From contig JAGIQG010000005.1 of the NCBI GenBank assembly GCA_024679065.1, positions 37,076,001 to 37,140,000 on the forward strand: DNA of 64,000 nt. The letters run 5' to 3'. Positions 50,615 through 62,248 of the stretch are shown here, in pieces. The translations under genes were made by a program, and so were the position numbers. How positions within the stretch are numbered: the stretch's first letter is position 1; every line of letters starts with the position of its first letter. The notes beneath the pieces are model-generated. The model was not told the DNA's origin, ran no database searches, and was given only the letters and a program-made list of their open reading frames with translations. The stretch is from Sphyrna mokarran. Lineage: Eukaryota.

Positions 50615-52850
50615 GTCACATAGGTTAACAGCATGGAAACAGGTCTTTTGGTCCAATTTTTCCATGGTGCCCAGTTTTTACACTAAACTAGTCCCAATTG
50701 TCTGCATTTGGCCCATATCCCTTTAGAACATTCTTAACATTGAAAGAGCTTTTAGAACATTACAAAGACAAAGGTTATATCCCCCTCTCCTGCTATCTCC
50801 AGTAGCTTTTTCCAGACATTCACCACCGTCTGTGGAAAGAAAAACTATCTCTCTGGACTCTTTTGTAGCTCTCCCATCTCACCATAAACCTATGCTCTCC
50901 AGTTTTAGACTTCTCCTTTGGGAAAAAATGTTCACTATCTAGCTGATCTATGCCCCTCATTATTTTACAGATCACTATAAGATCACCCCTAAGCCTGCTG
51001 TGCTCTAGGGAAGAACGTCTCAGTCTATCCAGGCTCTCCTCATAACTCAAACAATCAAGTCCCAGGAATATCCTGGTAAATCCTTTCTGCACCTTTACTT
51101 CGATAATGTCCTTTTTGTAATAGGGTGACTAGAACTGTACACAATATTCTAAGTGTGGCCTTAGTAATGTCTTGTACAACTTCAACAAGATGCCCCAATT
51201 CCTGTATTCAATATTCTGACCAATGAAGCCAAGCATGCCAAATATCTTCTTCACCACCCTATCCACCTCTGACTCCACTTTCAAGGATCTCCTAGATCTC
51301 TGTTTTCTAACTCTCCTCAATGCCCTACCATTAACTGAGTAGTCCTGACCAGATTTGATCTATCAAAATGCATTATTTAAATTAAGCTCCATCAGCCCAC
51401 TGGCCCAACTGATCAAGATCCATTACAGTCCGAGATAACCTTCAGGTCCACTGTGCCACCAACCTTGGTGTCATCTGCAAACATACTAACCATGCCTCTT
51501 AAATACTCATCCAAATCATTAATATAAATAAGAATTGTGGACCCAGCATTGATCTCTGAGGCACACCTCTGATCACAAGCCTCCAGTGTGGAAAAACAAT
51601 GTGCTATATCCATCCTCTCCCTTCTGTTGTCAAGCCAATTTTGTGTCCAATTTGTTCCCTTAGCCTGGATTCTGTGAAATTTAATTTTAGCAAGGCCTTT
51701 GACCAAGCACTGCATTATAATTTGCATAAAATCCATGTAGACAACATCAACTGCACTGCCCTCATCCACTTTGGTTAACCCCTTTAAAAAACTCAAATTT
51801 GTGAGACAGAGGGCCCAATTTTACCATTTTCATTCCAAGTGCTGAATCTGGGCATAATACAGATCCGATTTGGACATCTGTTTTCAAACACTTTTTCCAA
51901 AAGCACTCAGCCTGAAAATAAAAATTGCCAGTTCCATTCACACTGTGGGCAGGGCTCAGCATGCTCCTCCTCCATCCCCCAACCATGAGTTAACAATCAG
52001 ATCTCCCCCCCGCCCACTCCCCCTTAGTTACAGACAATGATCAGCCCTTGCCCCCTCCACTACCAACACCCCTAACCAGAGATCTATCTAATCTGCTTCT
52101 TCTCCTCCCCCCACAACCAGACAACAATGTGGCCTCATACCTGTCCACCCCCCCTCAGAAAATGATCTGACCTCCCTCCCCCCCCCCATTGATCTGACTC
52201 AGAGATATGTTGCAAGCTCTGAACTCACTCTTCAGCAGCTGGAGCGCCCAATTCAGGCTTTTATTCAGCAGGTCCATTTTGGAACAATTCCAGATCGGTG
52301 TACATGGAGGTAAAGGTGGAAATAAAGTTGGGTAGGTTGTTCACTAATTCAATTTAAAGGCATTTAAATCGACATTGTGCCTATTGCCACCATTCCTAGG
52401 TTTCGTTAAAGTGGCAATCTGTGCAGACGCAAGCAAGGATCACATTAATGGCCTCATACCCAATTTTACCACATTTTCACGCATGTTTCACGATGGTTAA
52501 ATTGGGCCCATAGTTTTTAACTCACAAAGTTATGCTGTCCCTAATCAGTTCTTGCTTCTCTAAATCATGCTACTCTCTTCTTCAGGCATCTCACCTGTGG
52601 CTGTTAGTGATTCAAATATCTCTGCTTAGAGACCCACGATTTCCTCCCCAGCCTCCCACAATATCCTGGGATACATTTCATCAGGTTCTGGGGATTTATC
52701 CACCTTGATGTGCTTTAAGATTTTCAGCACCTCCTCTTTAATATATACACTCTTCAAGATATTATTTATTTCCCCAAGTTCCCTAACATCCATGCTTTAT
52801 CAACAATAAATACAGATGAGAAATATTCATTTTTGATTTCACCAATGTTA
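50615..52850 (-). mobile_element. Decayed CR1 LINE inserted into a Penelope-like element and itself interrupted by a MITE
   Basis: Minus-strand ORF fragments VDVVYMDF, MFADDTKVGG, RPHLEYCVQF and RLRGDLIVICKIMRG; 3' tail near 50615-50670. Confidence 0.85.
51811..52509. mobile_element. MITE-like non-autonomous DNA transposon
   Basis: 17-bp terminal inverted repeats GGGCCCAATTTTACCAT / ATGGTTAAATTGGGCCC (1 mismatch); interrupts a collinear CR1. Confidence 0.7.
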
Positions 52851-54959
52851 GGACAAATAGTGAGAACAAAGGAGGCAGGGAAAGAGTAGATTAAAGTACA
52901 ACAGGTTTATTTGCTATCATGAGCTTTCAGAGCACTGCTCCTTCAGCAGGAGAGTGGTATTCCAACACTATCTTGCAATTGAGCCTGAACACATATGTCC
53001 CGTTTGTGAACTCAACTCTCCACTCATCTGCTGAAGGAACAGTGCTCCAACAGCTCATGGCTACCACTAAACCTGCTGGACTTTAACCTACTGTTGTGAG
53101 ACTTCTTACTGTACCTACCCCAGTCCAATGCAAGTATCTCCACAACAGTGAAAGAGGTGAAGGCAGAGGTGTGGGAGATGGACCAGACATGGTTGAGTGC
53201 CCTGTCAACCACACTGACGGGGTAGGGTCGGGGAAACCTTGACTAGGAAAATGGAAAACTTATCAGGAGTATTATTTTGAAAGGTAGCATCCTAAGAACA
53301 GATGAGACGAAGAAACTGGGAGAATGGGAGGAGCCCTTGCAGGAAGCAGGCTGTGGAATCTGTAGTCGTTAGCTGTGGGAATTGTTGGGCTTGTGATGAA
53401 TATTGGTGGTTAGGCTATCACCTAAAATGGAAACAGAGATGAATGAAGAGAAACAAGAATTGGAGATGGACCATGTGAAGGTGCGAAAGGTGGAAATTGG
53501 AAGCATATCGATATATTTTTCCAAGTACAGACAAAAGCATGAAGCAGTCATTGATGTAATGGAGCAAGAGTTATGAGAGGGGACCTGAGTAAGACGACTA
53601 TCAACATCATCTTTAGTCTTCAACGCTACACTAACATTCCCTTTGTTTAGTGCCCATGACATCTTTATCATCTCTCCTAGCTCCCACATAGCTCTGACCT
53701 AATTTGCTCCATCTCCTTAGAATAAAATCCATCACATTTCTCCATCTCTTTAGTTCTGAAGGATACCACCTAATGAATGGCACAGTGGCGAGCACTGCTA
53801 CCTCACAGCGGTAGGCACCCAGATTCAATTATTGCCTTGGGTGTCTGTGTGGAGTTTGCACCAGAGTGGGTTTCCTCTGGGTGCTCTGGTTAGTTTGAAT
53901 ATTTAGTTTTACAGTCAGTGGATCCACAGTTACAAAACTTATGCAGATTTCTTAGAAAAACCATGATATTTTCTAATTTCTTGCATAGGTGAACACGGGA
54001 TTGTTCTGACCTGAAAAGAAACAGCCTTGAAAACTCAAATTTTATCAGAGTTACAAAATGAGAGCAAAGACACCAGACTTACAGCTCATTTCAGTGATAT
54101 AATCCATTAGCATGAAACACGTAAAATTTTCTATTATCAAAAATGTTTAACAATCTCATCTTACACACAGTCAATGCATATGCAAAACAGATCACACATC
54201 AATAGCTAATTATGACCTTTTATTCACAGGAATTCACAATAGAACAGAAAGTTCTTGAACAATGTGTATTACAGTAGAAATCTGCACATTTGTCAAACTT
54301 TTTTAAACAAGGGTGATGTGACAGCAATGGTACAGAATTTAAACCTAGTTTATTTTAACCATCAACAATACTGTTACATGTTCTGTTCCAATGGAGCAGT
54401 TTTAGAAGATAAATGCATTTTCTCAACATATGTATATGAAGTATCAAAGATGCATTTGATCAGCTGTTTGACCAAACATGCGGAATCAGATTTTTTGAAC
54501 ATACAAGTTGGAACAGTTTAGACTTAGATTTCCTCATGCTTGGTCTGAGAATGCCTGCGTCTAATATACATGATACTTGAATGTGCAAGCTAAACTAGAG
54601 TTCTGTCAAGTGAAGTTACTCACAATATATAATTTTAAATGTTATGCTAACGGTTGAGTGCTTAATTACCTACGTTTAAGTCATCCCCACACTCAGGTGC
54701 ATACTGCTGTGGTAGACACCAGATATCAATCACCAAGACCTGTACCTTCTGGTGGTATGGCAATTGGGTTGGATTGCCATCTGCTCATAATTACCTCAAA
54801 ATTAATTTGGGCCTGGGGAGGGGTTCGGATCAGTTTGGCTGTGGGGGTGGGAGATAGTTACCCAGAAGCTTGAATTGCTTTTAATTCTAACATTTTCTGA
54901 GTAACTACAGATGTAAGAGTTGAAACCATCTGAAGTTTGCGATTTAAATCACATTTGCA

Positions 54960-55672
54960 TTGACAGCACCTCAGAGAAAGTTTATTAGATTAATACCTGG
55001 AATGGGTGGGTTTTCTTACGAGAAAAGGCTTGACAAGCTAGGTTTGTATCTACTGGTGTTTAGAAGAAAAAGAGGCAACTTGATTGAAAACATGCAAGAT
55101 CCTCGGAGGACTTGAGTTTAAGTTTATTTATTAGTGTTTCAAGCAGATTTACATTGACACTGCAATTAAGTTATTGTAAAAATCCCCTAGTCACCTTTTC
55201 TGGTACATACACAGAATTTAGCATGGCCGATGCACCTAACCAGCATGTCTTTTGGGCTCAGAGGAGACCCACACAGACATGTGGAGAATGTGCAGACTCC
55301 GCACAGTGAAGGAATCAAATCTTGGTCCCTGGTACTGTGTCACCCAGTGAAGGTGGATGCAGAGAGGATGCTTCCTCTTATGGGAAAATCCAGAACTAGG
55401 GATCACTGTTTCAAAATATGGGGACTCCTATTTCAGATAGGGAAGAAGAAAAATATTTTCTGGCAGATGATTGAGAATTTTAGAAACTCTTTTCCTCAAA
55501 AGGCAGTAGAAGCAGAGTCTTTGAATATTTTTAAGACAGAGCTGGACATATTCTTGAAAAGGAGGTGAAAAGTTATGTGGAGTTGAGGTTAAAATCAGAT
55601 CACCCGTGAACTTACTGAACGATGGAGAGGATTGAAGCACTTAGTGGCCAACTCCTGTTCCTAATTCATATG
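54960..55672 (+). mobile_element. Decayed CR1 3' fragment with a nested SINE
   Basis: RLIPGMGGFSYEKRLDKLG...; MGKSRTRDHCFKI...NSFPQKAVEAESLNIFKTELD; 3' UTR ending ctcctgttcctaattcatatg. Confidence 0.75.
55113..55340 (-). mobile_element. HE1-like V-SINE with the Rex-like tail, nested in CR1
   Basis: Tail and core motifs; interrupts a collinear CR1. Confidence 0.75.
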
Positions 55673-56279
55673 CTTGGATAATTCCCACCGCACAGCAATT
55701 ACCCAAAAGAAATTCGAACTTTGCAGGCAATTGCTATGCAATCTGACTTGGGAACTTCTGGAGGCAGCAGTACCCCAATGTATCTTTAGGGCACTGCTCC
55801 AGATACATTGCTCTGGAACTCAGCAAGTTATGGCTACATATTACAGAGAAGGGGACAACTGTCTTTCTACGATTCTTGTATAGTTCCTGGCAGCCAAGTC
55901 AACACAAGCAGCAGGTCATTCATTTATACTCGCATATAAAAGTGCTGCTGAGTATTGCAGAGGGGAAAAGGGGTGTTGCTGAAAATATAGCTTTGCGCTG
56001 AAGAATTCTTCAAGATACAGCTTCCCAAACAAACTCTTCAGGATACTACCTCCCTGAAGGCTAAGCTGCTTTGCATAAACTAGGTGAGCCATATAGACCA
56101 AGAAGATAATAGGCTTGAACCATACTCAATTGCTACATTTAGCTGATCTGGGTCAAGTTAGCAACAGCTTGCATTTACACTACAATCATTAGAAAATAAA
56201 AGTTCCAGTGATAATGGAAATTAAAACCCAGCAAGAGTCAGGAAGAGTAAAGCTATGGGCCTGAATTTTTCAGATGGCG

Positions 56280-56600
56280 GGCGTATTGTCGTTGGCCTAC
56301 TAATCCAGAAACCCAGTGTAATATTCAAGGATCCAGGTGAAATTTGAATTTTATAAAAATCTGGAATTAAAAATTTAGTGATGACTATGAAACCATTTAT
56401 CAATGGTTGTAAAACCCATCTGTTCACTAATGCTTTTGGGGGAAGAAAATCTTTCATCTTTACCTACTCTGACACTAGATATGACTCCAGTCTCTCAACA
56501 ATATGGGTCTAGCAAACCAGCCATTCAATCCAAGGCCAGAGGTAATTAGGGATGACCAATAAATGCTGGTCAACCCAGTGATGCCACCATCATTCCATCT
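56280..56600 (+). mobile_element. SINE, same family as 1357-1715
   Basis: taatccagaaaccc...aaaacccatctgttcactaatg...aattagggatgaccaataaatgctgg. Confidence 0.7.
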
Positions 56601-57166
56601 ACAAACCAAAAAAAGCAGTTAGGGATGTCTATAAAACTAACCATGGTTTTTAATGTATTACAATGTAAAGTTAAAGGCCTACTCACACACAGAAACAATG
56701 GAGGCCTCATTTTTTCCTTATTTTGTGATACTACACTATTTTTGTTATAGAAAGGACATTCTGCAAAGTACTAGAGATAAAGTATCCCTTTGATTTTTTC
56801 TCTCATTCTTTAAGCTAACAGAATGTCTGTGAATGATTATCAAGGTTTGGCAACAGGAGTCTTGTGTACAGGCTAGAAGTCTGTATTAAACTGTGTCACT
56901 GTTAAAGGAAGATATGAATTGAATAATTTTCTCAAAAAATATACATTTGATTTTTGTATAGTAATGGAATCATCTTGCAATTATTTCAAAAGGAAATATC
57001 AACAAATGAGTCTGTGGTAGTAATATTTTAAAAACTTTCCTAAAAGAGTTTTGGCTTGGAATTTTAAATACATTATATATTTCAAGGCCTTCATGAATTT
57101 CAAGTTTTCATATTAATTTCCCTGGTGCAAATTATAGTCTGTGCATCATTTGGCATTTAACACCAT

Positions 57167-57262
57167 TCAGTCATGTGGGTAGATTTGCAACAGCCATGGC
57201 ATCATTATGTACTGGTCTCCAAAATACATGCTGAAATAATACGTTAACAGAGGATGGAACAC
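57167..57262 (-). CDS. YccV/HspQ-like domain protein, terminal coding exon (to TGA)
   Basis: Acceptor ttatatttttag|. Encodes VFHPLLTYYFSMYFGDQYIMMPWLLQIYPHD*, with the YccV C-terminal HP..YF..[FY]xG..Y...YPxD pattern. Phase 0. Confidence 0.85.
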   Translation of the reverse strand: MFHPLLTYYFSMYFGDQYIMMPWLLQIYPHD

Positions 57263-57832
57263 CTAAAAATATAACAACAATGCAAAATTGGTCAGATTTC
57301 AGTGAATAAATAGCACGTGGATAACAAATCTGAAGGCCTATAAGCAGCCTTGAAGTCCTGGAGTAATCTCTACGTGCATGTTGATGTTGAATGAAGGCAG
57401 TATTGGATCTCAGCTGTGACGCAGTATTTAATTACATGGACTAGCAACACATTCTATCAAAGCCCACACGTGACTAATGGGTACTAGGGAGAGGTACTAT
57501 GGAATTGTATCCCAGGAAGTAGGTCAATGTTTCTGGGAAAGAACAGAAGGAAACTGATAGGAAAGAGGAAAAACTCTGGAGTCCATAACCAGCAGTAATT
57601 TAGACAGAAATATGATTAGCTGTCCAATCTTTGCAGTTTTCTATTTCAAGGTCTCAATGGACACCCAAGGCATCTTTAATAAAGGAGATTACAAGGCTTT
57701 CAAGTTTCTATCTTGGTTTAGCATTATTTTCTTATACTTTAACAAGGTCAGGCATCTACACCAGTCCTGAATCACTCACTTCATAAGTGATATACATCAT
57801 TCAATAGCTTTTCACCATAACAAATGAAGTTC

Positions 57833-58290
57833 ATTTGGAATACTGCGTCCAGTTCTGGTCGCCTTACTACTGGAAGGATGTGGAGACTCTGGAGAGAGTG
57901 CAGAGCACGTTTATCAGGATGCTGCCTGGTATGGAAGGTCTGAGTTACGAGGAGAGGTTAGGCAAATTGGGACTGTTTTCCTTAGAAAGACGTAGACTTA
58001 GAGGAGATCTAACAGAGGCGTACAAGATTATGAGGGGTATAGATAGAGTAAACAGGGTTAAGCTTTTTCCTAGGATGGACTCGAATAGCACGAGGAGTCA
58101 CGGGCTTAGGGTGAGGGGGGGGGTAAGGTATAATTTGAATGCTAGAGGGAGTTTTTTCACACAGAGGGTGGTGCGGGTATGGAATGCGTTGCCAAGTGGT
58201 GGAGGCAGGTACTCTGGAGTTATTTAAGAAATACTTAGATAGGCACATGAACAGAATGGGAATGGAGGATTACAGAAAACTGATTTAAAA
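57833..58290 (+). mobile_element. CR1 LINE 3' fragment, different subfamily
   Basis: EYCVQFWSPYY...ERRRLRGDLTEAYKIMRG...FFTQRVVRVWNALP. Confidence 0.88.
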
Positions 58291-58487
58291 TAGGGATCGT
58301 GAGCCTTGGGAGTCCCTGGGAAGTGTGTAAATAGATGATGATATTGATGTACTTGTTTTTATCCTACAGGTGCTTTGGTCTACACATACACGCGATGGAT
58401 CGTGAGAGGGCCGCTCTTGGATTTTTTTTTTGGAGAGTATCCTAGTGCTTCACGTCGTTACTGTACACTTGACCTGTACCATTTGAT

Positions 58488-58778
58488 GGGCAACATGACA
58501 GCTCAGTGACTATCGCCGTGCTGTGCAGATACATGGATTTGGGCCTGTGTCTGTGGGAGTTTGCACATTCTCCGGGCGCTCCAGTTTCCTCCCACATCCC
58601 AAAGATGTGCTCTTAGGTGGATTGGCAGAACAAATTCTCCCTAAATTGTCTCAAATTTGGTTTTTAATCCATAGACCTATAAACATAGACAGGGATCACG
58701 GGTAGAGGTGGGAACATCGGGGTGGCGGCGCAGGCTCATTGGGCCGAAGAGCCTGTTTCCCGTGCTGTTTTGTTCTTT
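58488..58778 (+). mobile_element. V-SINE subfamily with the third tail type
   Basis: Core gtgggagtttgcacattctcc...ccagtttcctcccacatcccaaagatgtg; tail gggccgaagagcctgtttcccgtgctgttttgttc. Confidence 0.8.
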
Positions 58779-59087
58779 GTATCAGTTTGAGTTCAAACTT
58801 TTGGCATTGATTTTTTCTTCTCCTTCGCTGAGGCACTAAGATTTATGTGATAAGTTAACAGCTTATTTCATTTCCACCCTAAGATCAAGTAAGAATTTGC
58901 TTTGCAAACTACCTTCAATATGGCAGTTGTTTGAATAATTCACCCAGTCGGATCTGAAACATTGAAATAGTGTATCAAGATCATGATCAAATGCAAAATT
59001 AAATCCTGATAAGTTTCTGGAGATCATTTTTCAATAATTGAAGCTTCTCTGATCACAGAATAAAATGAAACTCCAAAGATGTGCACT

Positions 59088-60087
59088 TGTCGGTGACAAG
59101 TGGTGTGCCTCAGGGGTCTGTTTTGGGGCCCCTGCTGTTTGTAATTTTTATAAATGATCTGGATGAGGGTATTGAGGGATGGATCAGTAAATTTGCAGAT
59201 GATACTAAAGTTGGTGGAGTGGTAGATAGTGAAGAGGGGTGTTTTAGTTTACAGAGTGACTTGGACAAGTTGCAGAGCTGGGCCGAGAGGTGGCAAATGG
59301 AGTTTAATGTGGAAAAGTGTGAGGTAATGCACTTTGGCAGGAACAATAAATGTGTAGAGTATAGGGCTAATGGTAGGGCTCTTAATAGTGTTGAGGAACA
59401 GAAGGATCTTGGTGTATGTGTCAATAGATCCCTGAAAGTAGGCAGTCAAGTGGATAAAGTTGTTAAGAAGGCATATGGAGTCTTAGCTTTTATTGGTAGG
59501 GGGATTGAATTTAGGAGCCGCAGCATCATGTTGCAACTGTACAAAACTCTAGTGCGGCCGCACTTGGAGTATTGTGTGCAGTTCTGGTCCCCACATTATA
59601 AGAAAGATGTGGAGGCATTGGAGAGGGTACAGAGGAGGTTTACCAGGATGTTGCCTGGTATGGAGGGCAGGTCCTATGAAGAGAGGTTGAAGGATTTGAG
59701 GTTGTTTTCGTTAGAAAGGAGGCGGCTAAGAGGGGATCTTATTGAAGCATATAAGATGATTAGAGGTTTAGATAGGGTGGACAGTGATAGCCTTTTTCCT
59801 AGGATGGAGAAAGCTAGCACGAGGGGACACAGCTTTAGATTAAGGGGTATGAGTTATAGGACGGATATCAGAGGTAGGTTCTTTACTCAAAGAGTGATTA
59901 GGGAGTGGAATGCCCTGCCTGCAGCTGTTGTAGATGCGCCAAGTTTGGTGGCGTTTAAGAGGTTAATTGATAAGTATATGGAAGAGAAGGGAATGGTTTA
60001 GTTTGGAGGGGCATTGCTTTTTATTTTGGTCGGCACAACATCGAAGGCCGAAGGGCCTGTTCTGTGCTGTAATGTTCTATGTTCTAT
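59088..60087 (+). mobile_element. Young 5'-truncated CR1 LINE, same subfamily, antisense in the last intron of the YccV-like gene
   Basis: Uninterrupted ~300-codon RT C-terminus (VTSGVPQGSVLGPLLF...EEKGMV*) and a GTTCTAT tail. Confidence 0.95.
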
Positions 60088-60311
60088 TAGGTTGAGTGGC
60101 CGTATTAAAATTGACCATTAGTATCGGCGAGATTAGCAGGATAAATATGTGGGGGTTATGGGGATAGGGCTGGATAGGATTGTTGGTGCAAGCTCAATGG
60201 GCTGAAAGGCCTCCTTCTGCATTGTAAGTATAGTATGAAACTTCAGGTATCCTTCACTTCCACTTTTACACAGCACCTCACCCACAAGTCCACCCGCACT
60301 CAAACACATAC

Positions 60312-60422
60312 CTGTACACCAGTCACTATGACAATTTCACTCTCTGGAATATAGGCTGTTTTTGAAGTTCCTCCATCAACTGCATTAATCAGAACTTTAT
60401 AATGAGGAGTATTTCTCAAATT
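60312..60422 (-). CDS. YccV/HspQ-like domain protein, penultimate coding exon (111 nt)
   Basis: Acceptor tttttatctatag| and donor |gtatgt. Encodes NLRNTPHYKVLINAVDGGTSKTAYIPESEIVIVTGVQ, with the YccV-type P-x-Y-x-VL and Y-[IV]-x-[EQ] motifs. Phase 0/0. Confidence 0.85.
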
Positions 60423-62084
60423 CTATAGATAAAAATATATCAGTGGTTATGTGTCTGTGCAACAAAAAGGTAAAGCATTACCCACTTGCATAATTAAAAA
60501 CGTTCCAGTAGAATATAAGCAGGATTTTATTCTGTGGTCCTTAATGGCTAATTCCAATGTGACACAGAGAAACAAAAAAGTGAAGATTACATTTTAAACC
60601 ATGGATGGAATTTTCCAGTAAAAAAATGGCAACATGCCAAGTTCTGATTGAAAACTGGCATGTTTCTCCCCAGAAACAGTTGGGTTTACACTCCAGATCT
60701 TCTGACACTTCATTAGAAATAAAACAGGAGCTCATTTTTTGCACCATCATTCTGGTGGTGCGACGCCACATAGAGCTGGTAAGGTTGGCTCCACAGAGAT
60801 CAGGATGACATTTTTAAAGGGTGGTCCAATCTCAAAGTAACAGGCCCCCTCTCTCCACTCCCCCACCACCCTTCCACACACACATGCGCGCGCGGAAAAC
60901 ACAGCAACACCTTGACTACAAAGGTATAATATTCCCCAGTGCTAAATGTTGGAAATACACCCCCCCCAACCCCAGCAGCATTTGGGCTTCGGGGTAATAG
61001 AGATTGGTCTGCTGCAAATCCCATTATGGCCCTCTTGTGAAAGCTTGTGGCCTTAACAAGATTTGCGGCCATGGAGAACAGACCCTGAAAAGTCCTCCAT
61101 TAAAGCAAAACATACATTAGGGCTACTTGTCCTGGATTATCTTTCCTTCCCTTGAAAAATATTCCTCATCTCTGAAGTAATGCAACGTCCAAAATATATT
61201 TTCCGTCTGCCTTTAGCAACACGGGCTGAACATTGGCATCATGATTAAAATGTAAATTGAAATCTTTTGGGGTTTTGGACTCTGAGTCCCTGACCCCCTT
61301 CTCCCACCCCCAACATAAAAGCCAGTCACAAGTCCATCTGTATTTGGCCAGCTAACCGGAGCTAAAATAACCAACAGGCTGTTTCTGTTCTAAGGCAGGC
61401 CTTCCACCCCATTGGAGAGAAAATCCACCTCTGAGAACTGCCAGAGGACTGATAGCACTGCTGAGACGAGGGAGCAATCGGGGGCACTGGCCACTGGCCA
61501 CTGCTGGAACTGCAGGCAGCCTCAGTGAGGAGCTGCCAAAGAAGCCCAGACTTAAAGATAAGTTTGATTTCTTGCCAGACTGAAGCTGGGATGGAAGAAT
61601 TACCACGGGAGTGGGGGTAGTGCTGTTGATGGGCTCCGGGTGATTAAAGGGGGCCCACCCACTTGACTGGTCACCAATTCATCAGTTTTCACCTGGTGGC
61701 CCAGACATCTGATGCCAGCTTTCCCAACTACTGCTAAATCACAGTGAGAGCACAGAGGATGGGCAAGCGATGACACGCTGCTACAGTCATGGTGCTCGAT
61801 TCCTCACCTGCCATCCCACTTCCATGGGTCTAAAAATTCTAATGTTTGAGTGCAATGGAGGTCAATAGCAGGCTAGATCAAGATCAAATTCATGGAGATA
61901 ATTTAGTGAGATTGAAAAAAAATAAATGGAAAGATAAACCGGGGAGCTCCTTTATTTTCTTGCAAAGCTTTTCTGCTGTTAACTTGGTATTGTCTTAGCA
62001 ATGACAAATAAATAGTATTTGGACAGATCCCTCAACAGATGCCAGTACACTCAACAAAATTTCCTTTGTGCATCCTTCTCATAC

Positions 62085-62248
62085 CTGCATGTCGGATGAA
62101 TATCTTTCATCAAGCCATTCTTCTGGGGCTCTGGCTTTTTCATCCCAGCCGACAATTACACCGTAGTATCCTTCCTGCTTGTGCGTGAAGACCTGTCCTA
62201 CCCTGTATTTGACAGTCAATGGCCTTGGAGACCGAGGCTCAGCTGAGC
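62085..62248 (-). CDS. YccV/HspQ-like (hemimethylated DNA-binding) domain protein, internal coding exon (164 nt)
   Basis: Minus-strand acceptor ttgtttaattag| and donor |gtatga. Encodes (x)SAEPRSPRPLTVKYRVGQVFTHKQEGYYGVIVGWDEKARAPEEWLDERYSSDMQ, containing the YccV signature KY/FxVGQVxxHxxxGYxGVIxGWD. Phase 1/0. Confidence 0.88.

Larger units (their letters stand above)
49478..53600 (-). mobile_element. Penelope-like element with nested SINE, CR1, MITE and a second Penelope fold-back (52890-53140)
   Basis: 3' end at 49478-49570; GIY-YIG remnant YCIHCSQGHVLYNGTTKHSLGNHFAEYL (50242-50340); RT remnant TNIHHKPNNSHS (53370-53420). Confidence 0.75.

Noticed and set aside
54658-54873. ORF containing HTAVVDTRYQSPRP
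   Set aside because: No splice context or family match, and it lies on the opposite strand to the YccV-like gene; likely chance or a decayed repeat.
34955-60001. Long RT ORFs (260, 252 and 306 aa) as host genes or a novel RT system
   Set aside because: They are 5'-truncated CR1 ORF2 ends lacking the endonuclease and most or part of the RT, with typical CR1 tails.
60690-60800. Possible YccV middle exon (LWSQPYQLYV...)
   Set aside because: In-frame stop and poor splice sites; 60312-60422 fits far better.
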